Counted from the first letter of the stretch, positions 1 to 12,809 are shown. The stretch: DNA of 64,000 nucleotides from Centroscyllium fabricii (GCA_051313645.2 JBNRSN020000012.1:81282001-81346000), one strand, 5' to 3'. Numbers and translations are program-made. The notes: a model not told the origin generated them from the letters alone.

Positions 1-520
1 TTTATGGCCGAAGCGAGTTTCCCACCCAGAATGTTGATGCCCCTTCGGTTCAGGTGCAAGCCGTCCCGGTCATACAGATCCCACCTTCCCCAGAACGATC
101 CCCAATTGTCCATGAAACTCATGCCCTCCCTTCTGCACCAATCCTGTAGCCACGCGTTTATTCTCATTCTTTTTTTGTTTTTCCACTCCCTATCCCGTGG
201 CACTGGTAGGATCCCAGAAATCGTGGCATTATTCGTTTTGTCTCTCAGTTTCCTTCCTAGTTCCTTAAATTCCTGCTTTATGTCTTCCTCCTTTTTCCTC
301 CCTATGTCGTTCGTACCTATGTGTACCACGACCTGCATTTGTTTGCTCTCCCCTTTTACAGTGTTGTAAACACAGTCCGAGATGTCTTGGACCCTGGCAC
401 CTGGGAAGCAACAGACCATCCTCGAGTCCCTTCTGCTCCCGCAAAACCTCCTATCCATCCCTCTCACCATTGAGTCGCCAATAACTATTGCTCTCAGCCT
501 TCCCCCCCCTCCTTTCTGTA
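1..520 (-). mobile_element. CR1 LINE ORF1 fragment (GDSL/SGNH esterase-like), runs off window start
   Basis: Manual minus-strand translation: RAIVIGDSMVRGMDRRFCG...CFPGARVQDI...VVVHIGTNDIG...INAWLQDWCRREG...DRDGLHLNRRG. These are the GDS, GxND and DxxH blocks of the CR1 ORF1 esterase. Not in the ORF track. Confidence 0.85.
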
Positions 521-531
521 CCGCCTCTTCT

Positions 532-627
532 GGTGGATAAATGTGAGGTTATCCACTTTGGTGGCAAAAACAGGAAGACAGATTATTATTTGAACGGCAA
601 TAGATTGGGAGAAGGGGAAGTGCAGAG
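532..627 (+). mobile_element. Short CR1 ORF2 fragment
   Basis: [32 protein letters not shown], closely matching other CR1 copies in the window. Confidence 0.8.
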
Positions 628-1262
628 AGCTGGTTGTTGTCACTCTCCTCCTCCTCCTCCCCCTCATCTGAGGAGGGTATGTGATGAGCCATTTGTTCCT
701 CAGGCATCTGCAAGCCACGATGCTGTGCCATGTTGTGAAGTGCACAGCAAACCACGACAATTCTGGCATCGCTGGCTGCTGAGTAGTGCAGGGCTCCACC
801 TGATCTATCCAGGCATCTGAAGCGCATCTTCAGCAAGTCGATGGTTTGCTTGATTATGGATCTGGTGGAAATGTGGCTCGAGTTGTAGCACTCCTCTGCT
901 TCATTGGATGGGCTCCTCAACAGTATCATTAGCCGCGTCTTCAGGGGATATCCCTTGTCTCCAAGTAGCCATCCGTTAATTGGTCTGGTGGACTGATGAG
1001 CAGAGGCACACTAGGCTGGCACAGGATGAAGGAGTCATGGCAACTGCCAGGGTACTTGGCACAAACATGGAAAATGTCCTTCTTGTGGTCACATGCCAGC
1101 TGTACGTTGTGGGAGTGGAAGCCCTTGCGGTTGACAAAAATACTTTGATTGCAATGGGGTGCCCTAAGGGCCACATGTGTGCAATCAATTACGTCCTGCA
1201 CACTTGGAAAGCCTGCCAGGTTGTCAAACCCAACCGAACGCGCAGTTACACTGGCTTTATCA

Positions 1263-1632
1263 TTTTTTTTTTTTTTAAATCGGTGATGGGATGTGGGCGT
1301 CGCTGGCTGGCTAGGCCTGCCCATCCCTAATTGCTCTTAAGAAGATGGTGGTGAGCTGCCTTCTTGAACCGCTGCAGTCCATATGGTGTACAACTGAGTG
1401 GCTTGCTAGGCCATTTCAGAGGGCATGAAGAGTCAACCACATTGCTGTGGGTTCTGGAGTCACATGTAGGCCAGACCAGGTAAGGACAGCAGATTTCCTT
1501 CCCTAAAGGACATTAGTGAACCAGATGGGTTTTTGCAACAATCGGCAATGGTATCATGGTCGCCATTACTAAGACTAACATTTAATTCCAGAATTAAATT
1601 GAATTGAATTTAAATACCACCAGCTGCTGTGG
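1263..1632 (-). mobile_element. 5'-truncated SINE sharing its 3' tail with the LINE at 2463-2840
   Basis: T-rich tail followed by the reverse complement of that LINE's 3' end. Body nearly identical to the split copy at 37442-43410. Splits the transposase frame. Confidence 0.75.
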
Positions 1633-2462
1633 AGAATTGGATCTGATTGTGCACGATGGCGAAGAGGGCATCGGTTAGCTGCGTGATGCAAGTGTGTGCG
1701 GCCCCATGGGGGATGCCGCAGATGTCTGCCGCTGATCCCTGGAATGAGGCTGAAGCAAAAAAGTTGAGTGCGATGGTGACTTTGACGGCCACCAATAAGG
1801 GGTGTCCACCTGCTCCTCTAGGATCCAGGCCTTGCTGCAGCATTGCGCAGATGTCACCCACTACCTCTCGTGAAAGTCTGAGCCTCCTTTGGCACTGCTG
1901 CTCAGTCATGTTGAGGTAGCTGACCCTGTGTCTGTAGACCCTGTTTGGGGGGTATCTCCTGCACCGATGGGCTTCCATGCACTGACGCCTTCTGGCCTGT
2001 GCAGCTTCAATTGGGTGAGCAGCAGCTTGGAGCTTTTGCTGTTGGTGCTGCTGTTGTTCAGGGGTCTGCTGCTGCTGCGGCTGGTCTTCATCTGAATCTG
2101 ATGTCCAGGAGGAAAGGAAATAAATGGTTCCCATTCTTCTGGTAAATACCTCAGTTGAGGAAGCGCTCATTCAGGGTGAGGAGAGGGGTTTCCCAGGAGG
2201 TCACACTAGAGATGGGTGTCAGGCTCCAATCTTCCACAACAATGAGTAGGCCTGTTAAAAGTTCCCCCAAACCTGAGACAACAAAGTTCTGCCACCTGCA
2301 AATGATGATTGCTAAAAACTCCTTTTTAATGGTGGAGCTGCAGCTGTTAGTAAGCAATCCACTTGTGCTGCCATCAGGTTTTACCGGTGTTTTTCAAATG
2401 AGGCGTGCAGCACATGGGAAAACTGTTAAAATCAGAAAGGCCTCTCAAAACGGGATTATACC

Positions 2463-2840
2463 GGCATACCGTGGCTGCAGTGTGTACCATCTACAAGATG
2501 CACTGCAGCAACTCCCCAAGGCTTCTTCAGCAGCACTTCTCAAACCCGCGACCTCTACCACCTAGAAGAACAGGAGCAGCAAGAGCTTGGGAATACCACC
2601 ACCTCCAAGTTCCCCTCCAAGTCACACACCATCTTGACTTAGAAGTATATCGCGGATCCTTCATCGTCGCTGGGCCAAAATCCTGGAACTCCCTACCTAA
2701 CAGCACTGTGGGTGTAGCTTCACCACATGGACTGCAGCGGTTCAAGAAGGTGGCTCACCACCACCTTCTCAAGGGCAATTAGGGATGGACAATAAATGCT
2801 GGCCTTGCCAGCAACACCCAACTCCCATGAATGAATAAAA
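2463..2840 (+). mobile_element. 3' end of a CR1-group LINE (clade uncertain)
   Basis: HTVAAVCTIYKMHC...SFIVAGPKSWNSLP...FKKVAHHHLLKGN* then a short UTR and atgaatgaataaaa tail. A decayed relative lies at about 11860-12050. Confidence 0.75.
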
Positions 2841-3012
2841 TTTAAAAACCCACCACCCCGCCTACTGCCTGTTGCACTCCAGGAAGGAAGTGGAGAGCTT
2901 GTGCTAAAACTCAATTTTTTAAAAGCTGGAAATCAATGACGCCTGGTGCTAACTTTCCCAGCTTTCAAAAGTTACCGCCCCCAAACTGGGGTGAGACTGA
3001 ATTTCTAGCCCT

Positions 3013-3562
3013 ATAGCTTTGGAAGGAAAGGGCCAGATGAGATAAGGGAAGACAGTCCTTAAGATGCTGTAAGGCCATGATTGATCAAGTACAGAAAGCA
3101 TATGTAATGGTTGTGAGAAAACCCCTGGCAGGTGGGAGACAACAGGAGGGTTGACCATTTTTCCATAGTTTAGACAAAGAACCCGACATGCCATTGGGCA
3201 CCTTGTTTTAAGGGGAACCGCTATAGGTTAAATGGCCCTGTCTATATTCTACTCCAGGCCCACCCTTAAAAAGAGAATAAAAAGACCTAGATCAGACCGT
3301 GGAGCGGAGGGCTCCCAAGATTGAAGTCGGTGGTCTAACACTCTTCCGAGGGTGGACCCATGCTGACCCTAGTCTAACACTCTTGGATAGTTCAGAGAGA
3401 GAGAGAGATATGTGAGACAAGAAGGAGAATTAATAAGAAGAGTTGTCTGTGCACTCCAACTGACTGTCCGATCCGGTCCGGTACCAATTGCTTGTCACGG
3501 TCATATGTTTTTGCTGTATAACTAGTGTGTTATATTCAATCCTAAACTCCAATTAAACACAA
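3013..3562 (+). mobile_element. Possible partial solo LTR
   Basis: LTR-like layout (TATA-like aataaaaag, GA run, late ATTAAA), but no TG...CA termini or TSD resolved. Confidence 0.3.
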
Positions 3563-5432
3563 TGGAGGGGATTTTAGGAGGTCCCTGAGTGCGGGTTTCT
3601 GGCGGATCAGTTACTAAAATTCCAATCTGGTGGGCGGGAAGGCACCCCGCCGGATCCCCGCCCATTTGGGATTTTCGTCGGGCGGGTTTTGCCGCCCCAC
3701 ATGCTTTCCGCCCGCCGCCGGCAGGGATACAGATTGAGGTTGTTGAGGGCCCTTAATTGGATGGCTAACCCTATTTTAAGGGCCCTCAGCTATTTTAGCC
3801 CTCTTCCCACCCAAAACCCGCCTGGTGAAAACCCCGCCGTGAAAAAGGTGTTGGAAACCCAGGCGGCTGGGTGTCTACCACCTTCAAGGCATGGGCACAG
3901 CACCCACACAGCAGCTTGCTAGCCTCCACCATGCTGGAGGTGCAGCTGCCACCCAACGGTAAGAAACTTCAGAGCCCAAAACCTTGAAATCATTCATCTT
4001 CAAATCGCTCATATTCAACAGAGATCAGGCTGCTACACTGTCTGTGAGCCCAGCTGTCAATCACCCAGGGGATCAGTTTCTGTTTACATGCCATTGAAAT
4101 CACAAACAAACAGTGACTCACTTCAACTATTTTTTTTGTGGTTTCAAGTGTTCCTTTCATAGTCTGACTCACAGAGGCTATGTAAACATAGAAACAAAGG
4201 CAATACTACAGTGAGTTCTTATTACTCAGGCCTGTCAATCAACAGCCCGCCCAACTCAAACTGTGAATGTAAAGGGCTATGTTCCCGCCCATTAGTGTGT
4301 ATTGGAAGCCCGACAGTTCGGCAGGGATTTAATTGGCCACTTGAGCCAAAATCGCTCGGGCTTTCCAGGTCCTTGGGTGGGCGGGACAGAAAACTGACCC
4401 ACCCAAAACCCGCCAGCTTCCCACAGCTTTTTAAAAATTACCCCCAATATACCCACCATATTGGTTTGCACCCAATCCTGATTATTTGAAAGCCCAGAGA
4501 GATAAGTTAATTTCTACACATTACAGGTATTAGTCACTCATTTTGTGAAGAAATGCTTCCTGACATCAGTCCTGAACTTACCTTTCACCAGTTTGTACCT
4601 ATGTTCCATTGTCTTACAGTTATGGCTGCATTCTAAAGACTATCATCAGTTAATGTCCAATCTCTCATTGCCATCCTAACTCGAATCTCTTTTCTCTTTA
4701 ATAACCTCCACCAACTGTTTTCACCCACCTCTGTTGGTTCCACAATCCCAATATCAACCTCTTCTGTGAAAATTAAGGTGAAGTACTTATTTAATATCTC
4801 TGCCAGTCCCTCACATTCCACTGCAAGCTTGCCTGTTTCACCTTAGTGGCTATTACAAATTTCAGATTTGCACTGGATATCTCTTGAGTTCAGATTCACC
4901 TATCTCTTTCATAAGTGCAGCCATGTCCCTTACAATCAGGAGTTTAACTTTAGTTTACCTTTATTGACAAATATCGAGCGATATGATTGCATGACTAAAG
5001 GGGTCATAACAATGAAACTCTTTGTTATGTGGACTAGATACTATGAACCAGCACATGCCCCTATGTGCACTTATCCTATCTTCTGAACAGGAGTCTAATT
5101 AAAACTTATGAAATGAGGCCAAATATAAATCCACAAATTGATTATTTTTTCATAAAATATGTGAATGTATATATGCTGGGAATTTCCTCAGGGCTTTGTC
5201 CAATTGGTCGGCATTTGACAGATCAGAGAAACCGCATTTGCACACATAAACAGGGTTTCCATCAATTCTCCACCCACATTACCACTCCATTTTACTCCAT
5301 TTCCCCGACTATTCCACCCAATATTCGCCGGGATTGCAGAGTTTCAGCTCTTGAATTTTTGAAACCATGCTTTTATCTGTTTGTTTGCAGCAATAGGAGA
5401 AATGTGCTTACATTTCCAAGGCCACAACAATG

Positions 5433-6090
5433 TGGGGGTCATTTTAACCTGAAATAACGGGTGGGTTAGGGTGGTATTAAAAATCTAAATCCCAACCCCA
5501 ACCCGCCCATTAGGCCTTTGCAGAAACAAATAAGTGGCCTAATGCCTGTTTGATGCCTCTTTTACCAAATAGGTTTGCCTGAACGCAGCCAGCGCTCGGT
5601 TGGCTGCAATCAGGAAAACTAGCTCTACATGCGGCCTAACCAGCAGTCCTTAAAGGCACCACCACCAAAGAGGTAAGTTTGTAAAAAATTCTTACCTGAA
5701 TGTCGAGTTGGAAGGTGCAGGTGTGCTCCTCTCGGCTCCACATTAAAACCACAGCCCACTACTGGTCACTGTTCGTTCCCCAATTGCCGCCTCGACTCCC
5801 CCACTTCTCGATTGCCGCCTCAACCATCCTCTTGACTGCTGCCTCAATCCCCCCCCCCAACCCTCCGATTGCACCCTCCCTCCTTCTCCTGACCACTCCC
5901 CCCTCTCCTGGCCACTCCCCCCTCTCCCAAGACCTACCCGAGGCCGCTGCCAATTCAAATTCACCGGTGAGCTGCTTGGGGCACCCAGCAGGCATCTGCA
6001 GCTTGCCAATGTGATGTAAATGAGGCCTGAGGCCCAGTATCAGATACCCGTTCATGCAAGAAGGCAGGCGCAAACCAATTTCGAGGCCCA
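5433..6090. mobile_element. Degraded Harbinger-type MITE
   Basis: Ends ggggtcattttaac... and ...aatttcgaggccc resemble other MITE termini here. Related decayed copies at about 3566-3970, 20518-20896, 22720-23490 and 23823-24453. Confidence 0.45.
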
Positions 6091-6317
6091 AATGTTCATT
6101 TCATGACAGCATGTGTAATTTGATGACCCTTAAAATATCTGTGTTGTGCTGGAGCATTATCAGCCATGACTTCATCTTGGAACGATATCCGCAATCTCAT
6201 GGAAGCCAACTGTATAATCCATAATTTCTCTCAAGGATTTTAGATAAAGCGTTGAATTGGAATAAATGAATTTTTACATAGGTCAAAGAAGTTTTGAATT
6301 CCTATGTATTATGATGC

Positions 6318-7111
6318 AGGAAAAACAGAAAGGCAGAGTATTATTTAAATGGTGATCGATTGGGAAATGCTGATGTAAAAAGGGAGCTGGGTGTCCTTGT
6401 ACATCAGTCACTGAAAGCAAACGTGCAGGTGCAGCAAGCAGTTAGGATGGCAAATGGTATGTTGCCTTCATTGCAAGAGGATTTGAGTACAGGAGCAAGG
6501 ATGTCTTACTACAATTATTCAGGGCCTTGGTGAGATCACACCTGGAGTACTGTGTGCAGTTTTGGTCTCCTTACCTAAGAAAGGATATACTTGCCATAGA
6601 GGGAGTGCAACAAAGGTTCACCAGACTGATTCCTGGGATGGCAGGACTGTTGGATGAGGAGAGATTGCCTCGACTAGTCCTGTATTCACTAGAGTTTAGA
6701 AGTATGAGAGGAGATCTCATTGAAACGTATAAAATTCTGACAGGGCTAAACAGACTGGATGCAGGGAGGATGTTTCCCCTGGCTGGGGGGTCTAGAACGA
6801 GGGGTCACAGTCTCAGGATACGGGGTAGGACATTTAGGACTGAGATGAGGAGACATTTCTTCACTCAGAGGGTGGTGAACCTTTGGAATTCTCTACCACA
6901 GAAGGCTGTGGAGGCTAAGTCACTGAATATATTTAAGAAGGAGATAGTTAGATTTCTAGACACAAAAGGCATCAAGGGGTATGGGGAGAGAGCAGGAATA
7001 TGGTATTGAGATAGAGGATCAGCCATGATCATATTGAATGGTGAAGCAGACTCGAAGGGCCGAATGGCCTACTCCTGCTCCTATTTTTCCATGTTTCTAT
7101 GATATTCTATG
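6318..7111 (+). mobile_element. CR1 LINE 3' fragment
   Basis: VRSHLEYCVQFWSPYLRKD...FFTQRVVNLWNSLP; 3' UTR ggccgaatggcctactcctgctcc with tctatg tail repeats. Confidence 0.93.
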
Positions 7112-8006
7112 CATTACAAATGCAAGTTCCTTCTTTTTTTATGAGCCCCTTGCATAGTTCACTGAGTATAAACTTCTTTTAGCCATGAATGTGAATGTAT
7201 TCACTGTAGGTGCATATATCTTAATATGGTTGTCATTAAGTCGTAGGAAACTGGCTTTAATATTGAACTTTTGTCAATTATTCTGGCTGCTGCTGTGTTT
7301 TGTCTCTTTAGCGTTCTTTAGCAGTGCCTCAGAGACCCCATTAAACAACACATTGACGGATACCAGCATACCCCGGTGTTTGGAAAAAGCCAGGAGCAGA
7401 AAAACCTATTGCGCCTGAAACATTCACAGCGATAATGCAGTTGTTATGAAGCAGGATAAGTCCAAATCACTGTTCAACTGATGACATAGGTCAGTCAATA
7501 CAGTTCAGCTAGGGTGATTCCAATGGATACCCTGCTAGCTTGCTTAATGTGGAAAAGCTTATTCTTGACACAAAGCAATGAACTGGAAGAATGAGGGTTT
7601 AATTCCACCTGCCACATTCTTGATCTCAACCCTGCTGTGCCAAATGAAAATGAAGCATTTTCTGCAAGCTGCAGATGCCTGCTGGGCACCCCAGAAGGTG
7701 AGCTACTTCCATTTGATGCAGTATCTCGTTTGCAGTCACAAATATTTTTTTTTAGCAGTAAATAAAACAGCAGTGCAGTGACTCTGTCTTAACTGAGAAG
7801 TATTTGAAGAGCCTATGCCTTCAGTTGAATAGTGATTTGCGCCTCCTGGAGGCTAGCCAAAGAGCAGCATGGGAGCACGACATGTATCCACCATCTCCAA
7901 TTGGTGAATGGTTCAACATGAGCGAAACAAAGTGAGAGTAAAGAAGCTTAAATGCTCATAGCATGTATACCCTCATGAAAAAAAGCTACTTCAACTGAGA
8001 CTTATA

Positions 8007-8671
8007 CAGGTTGAGCACCGTTAATTCGGTACAGGCGGGACTAGGTATACCGAAAAAACTGGGAGAATGAAGTCGGCCAGCGCGCACCATTCAAAATGGC
8101 CGCGCGCATGCGCACAACATTGGAAATGGCCCCAGGAGGTTTTGATCACCTGCAGTGCAGCTGCAGCCGCCCAGAACCCGCCGTGCAAAGATCCCTCAGC
8201 TCGGCTCAACAGACAGACAGGATGGGACTCTCCCCCCACCCCACTCCACCCCGGCACAACCATAAATTAAGGCCCAGGCTGCAGGCCCAGCACAGAACTA
8301 ACAAGTTAGTAGAGTGCGGTCCCGGTCCCGGGCAGCGCTGAGCGAGTGAGGCCGGAGCGAGCGACAGATCCTTACCATTCGGCGGCGCACGAATGAGGAG
8401 GCAAAGGTCGGTCCAGCCTCCGGCGGCCGTTTTGAATGATCTGCGCATGCGCTCGCTGTTCGGCGGCGCATGCGCAGCTCATTCAAAAGTTCCGGTGGCC
8501 GTTTGAATGATCTGCGCATGCGCTCGCCGTTCAGTGGCGCATGCGCAGATCATTGGCCGAAGCATCGACCGCGGCATCCATTTTGCGCATGTGCAGTACA
8601 GTCAGGGCAATTTATGCCGGACGACCGAAGTTGCCGGCTTTTTGGTTACCGGATTAGCGGTGCTCAACCTG
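8007..8671. mobile_element. Tc1/mariner (pogo/Tigger-like) MITE
   Basis: 24-bp TIRs caggttgagcaccgttaattcggt / accggattagcggtgctcaacctg with 2 mismatches. TA on both sides (8005-8006, 8672-8673). Confidence 0.9.
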
Positions 8672-8696
8672 TACCACTTTTTTTTAATGCTGAAAT

Positions 8697-9471
8697 ATAG
8701 AAACATAGAAGATAGGAGCAGGAGTAGGCCTTTTGGCCCCTCGAGCCTTCTCCGCCATTTAATGAGATCATGGCTGATCATCCAAATTCAGCACCCTGTC
8801 CTTGCTTTCTCCCCATATCCCTTGATCCCTTTAGCCTTAAGAAATATATCTAACTCCTTCTTGAATATATTTAATGAGTTGGCCTCAACTGCCTTCTGTG
8901 GTAGTGAATTCCACAGGTTCACCACTCTCTGGGTGAAGAAACTCCTCCTCATCTCTGTCCTAAATGGCTTACCCCTTATCCTTAGACTGTGCCTCCTGGT
9001 TCTGGACTCCCCCGCAACCGAGAACATCCTTCCTGCATCTAGTCTGTCTAGTCCTGTTACAATTTTATAAGTTTCAATGAGATCCCCTCTCATTCTTCTA
9101 AACTCTAGTGAGTATAAGCCCAGTTGGCCCAATCTCTCCTCATATGTCATTCCTGCCATCCCAGGTATCAGTCTGGTGAATATTTGCTGCACTCCCTCCA
9201 TTGCAAGAACACCCTTCCTCAGATAAGGCGACCAAAACTGCACACAATACTCAAGGTGTGGTCTCACCAAGGCCCTGTACAACTGCAGCAAGACATCTAT
9301 GCTCCTGTACTCCAATCCTCTTGCTACGAAGGCCAACATATCATTTGCCTTCTTAACCGCCTGCTGCACCTTCAGCGACTGGTGCACAAGGACATCCAGG
9401 TCTCGTTGCACTTCCCCTTCTCCCAATCTATCGTCGTTCAAATAATAATCTGCCTTCCTGTTTTTTCCACC
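8697..9471 (-). mobile_element. CR1 LINE 3' fragment
   Basis: ORF 8788-9576 carries LYRALVRPHLEYCVQFWSP and FFTQRVVNLWNSLP; tail catagaaa at the left end. Confidence 0.93.
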
Positions 9472-9518
9472 TGAAATGTTTTGAAATAGTGGAGAGTAAG
9501 TGTATTTTACAGTAATCT

Positions 9519-11806
9519 TGTCACAGGGTGCCTGTCCCTTTAATATATTAAAACAGTTTGGTTGTGTGCTCCACACCTGTTTTGAGGACTGGTTTCCCTG
9601 TTAGTTCTATTATTACTTCAATTAGGTGCTCTCATTCCTGTGTGTGCTTTATGTCAGTGCCTGCAGCTGGTTGGTTAAACCCAAATGATCTATTTGTTGG
9701 TTTTGCTCATAAGCTGGAGGTCTTGCATGTGGCAGGTGGGGGATCATTGAATTAGCTGGATTTCATGAAGACATTCTACAAACCACTGGAAGAAGTGGCT
9801 ACTGCTTCTGTGCTGAGCTGCTGACAGAGGCAATGGGGTTTGGAGTTCGTATCACTCAGCCTTGACATTGCACTCTGCTATTTCTGCAGCTCAGGCTGAG
9901 CTGCTGACAGAGGCTATGGGGTTGGAGCTCATATCACTCAGCCTTGACATTGCACTCTGCTATCTGACGCTCAGGCATGGACATTCATCAGTCGAGTAAG
10001 GGCGTTCCCCTGCTTGTGGATCAGGTATTCTCTTCCTCTGAAGACTCAGCCAGAGTGAGTCTCGACCAGCAGGGCGGACTCGGAAGAGAGTTCAGAATCT
10101 ACTACTTGGACATTTGGTTCATTATCACCCGAACTCAGGTTTGGTCATTGATGCCAGTTATACAGAAGATGTTCCTAAATTCTCTGTTGAGGCAGTTGTA
10201 TTGTGATGTCCTGCTCGCAGAGGAAAACTTGTTCTGTTCTCTGATGATGCAGTTGTATTGTGATGTCCTGCTCACAGAGGAAGACTTGTTTAAGATGGAC
10301 ATTGATGCCTGTTATACAGAAGTTTGGACATGAATTCCTCGGGTAAATGATGCGCTTGGCTGCGTAGCATTGCTCTACTCATTTCTCACAACTTTGGGAA
10401 GTTCTGTGCCAGTCTTCAGCTAAGACTTGTTTAAGATGTTTACTAGATTTGTGTATGTGAATGCTATTTATGTGGTTTTTGTTATATATATATATATATT
10501 AAAGGAGGTTTGCTTTAAAGGGACGTTTCAGTGTCTCTGCATTTGGGCCCCGCCCACAATCCGTTAAAGCAATCCGTTACAGAATGATCCCGCCAAATTT
10601 GGGGCCCAGCAGACACTGTAGCGTCTTGCCTCCTTAAGTTTCCTTTTTCCTGGAGGACGGTTGGTCCCTCCTCCGCACCCCTCCACCCACCTTAAATTTT
10701 GGTATTTGGGTACTTTTGGACGTCAGCAGTCGTCCTTTAGGGGGGGGTTCTGTCACAGGGTGCCTGTCCCTTTAAGATATTAAAACAGTTTGGTTGTGTG
10801 CTCCACACCTGTTTTGAGGACTGGTTTCCCTGTTAGTTCTATTATTACTTCAATTAGGTGCTCTCATTCCTGTGTGTGCTTTATGTCAGTGCCTGCAGCT
10901 GGTTGGTTAAACCCAAATGATCTATTTGTTGGTTTTGCTCATAAGCTGGAGGTCTTGCATGTGGCAGGTGGGGGATCATTGAATTAGCTGGATTTCATGA
11001 AGACATTCTACAAACCACTGGAAGAAGTGGCTACTGCTTCTGTGCTGAGCTGCTGACAGAGGCAATGGGGTTTGGAGTTCGTATCACTCAGCCTTGACAT
11101 TGCACTCTGCTATTTCTGCAGCTCAGGCTGAGCTGCTGACAGAGGCTATGGGGTTGGAGCTCATGTCACTCAGCCTTGACATTGCACTCTGCTATCTGAC
11201 GCTCAGGCATGGACATTCATCAGTCGAGTAAGGGCGTTCCCCTGCTTGTGGATCAGGTATTCTCTTCCTCTGAAGACTCAGCCGGAGTGAGTCTCGACCA
11301 GCAGGGCGGACTCGGAAGAGAGTTCAGAATCTACTACTTGGACATTTGGTTCATTATCACCCGAACTCAGGTTTGGACATTGATGCCTGTTATACAGAAG
11401 ATGTTCCTAAATTCTCTGTTGAGGCAGTTGTATTGTGATGTCCTGCTCGCAGAGGAAAACTTGTTCTGTTCTCTGATGCAGTTGTATTGTGATGTCCTGC
11501 TCACAGAGGAAGACTTGTTTAAGATGGACATTGATGCCTGTTATACAGAAGTTTGGACATGAATTCCTCGGGTAAATGATGCGCTTGGCTGCGTAGCATT
11601 GCTCTACTCATTTCTCACAACTTTGGGAAGTTCTGTGCCAGTCTTCAGCTAAGACTTGTTTAAGATGTTTACTAGATTTGTGTATGTGAATGCTATTTAT
11701 GTGGTTTTTGTTATATATATATATTAAAGGAGTTTTGCTTTAAAGGGACGTTTCAGTGTCTCTGCATTTGGGCCCCGCCCACAATCCGTTAAAGCAATCC
11801 GTTACA
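9519..11806 (+). mobile_element. Non-autonomous LTR retroelement, Tf1/sushi-like: LTR 9519-10581, internal 10582-10750, LTR 10751-11806
   Basis: Two near-identical direct repeats of about 1.06 kb with TG...CA ends. 5-bp TSD AATCT at 9514-9518 and 11807-11811. G-tract PPT just before 10751. Confidence 0.92.
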
Positions 11807-12809
11807 AATCTACCCCTTAGTGATGACTACCCCAAGTCACATCATCCTGCCTTCGACATACACCATCATGCCTTCATCATTATTAGGCCAGTATCCTGGA
11901 ATGCCTTACTTAACACCATTGTAAGAGCACCACCACCACAAGGACAGCAGCAGTTCAGGAGAAGGCCACCACCATCTCCTCAGGGCAGCTAGAAACTGTC
12001 AATAAATGTAGCCTTGCCAGTGCTACCCACATGCCACAAATAAATAAATTCAGATGAAGTCACTTGAGATGTTGACGCTGAAATTCCACATGGGTTCTCC
12101 TAGTCTCTTGTTATAACTTCAATAGGAGACTGGCAGAAATCTAAACAATATAAATGGCTGAAAACAGCCATTTACATAGGGATTTCGCCAATCTCCTTTC
12201 GTAGTTATAGTGGGAGACTGGGAGAACCCGTGGAATTAATTGTTGTTAATCATAACTATCGTGTTAAACTTAGAGGACAATATGAAGTGGATGTAAGAAT
12301 ACCAGAACACTTTACTGCCCAAACTATTACTTTATACTGAATGCTAAAATTAAAGCAGATGGGACAGTGACAGTCACAGAAGATGATCTTCCTCAGTCAG
12401 GTTGTAATAGTGTTTCACATTTAATTGCTCCATGTTCTGTTTAAGCCACAGATGTATAAAGATTTTTAAGAAGTCAGACTGCCCACCTGATTGCTCAGCT
12501 GGTGTGGTAACCATTCTACTATACCACTGTACCATTATGGCTAATGATGGGCTGAGCAGATGTTAGGCACAGCCCTGTATACTGTGACACTGTTGGGAGC
12601 CAGGTCAGCCACACCTCCAACTCCTCCCCCAGGTGAGGCCCCGTTATAGGTGGGATCTGACCGAGGCTCCTTCATTCCTGTACTGTAGTTTGTCTGGAGA
12701 GTAGCTCCGTTCTTAGCAATTAAAAGCCTTTAGTTTCGGTAACTACGCGTCGACTCTTTTAATCGAAGATATTGACGATACGTCAATTTTAATTGCTAAT
12801 TATTTTAAA

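Larger units (their letters stand above)
628..3012 (-). mobile_element. Degenerate PIF/Harbinger transposon with HARBI1-like DDE transposase pseudogene (about 640-2135), interrupted by a SINE and a LINE tail
   Basis: Three collinear ORF pieces: RLRLSREVV...[16 protein letters not shown] (1610-2170); GFPSVQDVIDCTHV...NRKGFHSHNVQLACD...YPGSCHDSFIL (941-1324); [21 protein letters not shown]...CCALHN (549-929). TIR-like end gaatttctagccc near 3012. Confidence 0.85.

Noticed and set aside
500-630. Twin-priming inversion between the minus-strand CR1 ORF1 and the plus-strand ORF2 scrap
   Set aside because: The plus-strand piece has no 3' tail or TSD and the other end lies outside the window, so it cannot be tested here.
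7311-7495. Candidate host exons here and at about 12273-12401, 19037-19141 and 20340-20480
   Set aside because: Splice-like edges exist, but the frames hit stops or resemble no protein I recognise. A host or non-coding gene cannot be excluded without RNA data.
9558-11562. Duplicated ORFs (65 aa and 117-118 aa pairs) as tandem genes
   Set aside because: They lie inside the two LTRs and are similar only because the LTRs are; no recognisable domain.
12050-12085. Second hammerhead-like motif (cagatgaagtcacttgagatgttgac)
   Set aside because: Core nucleotides and stems are too degenerate to support.
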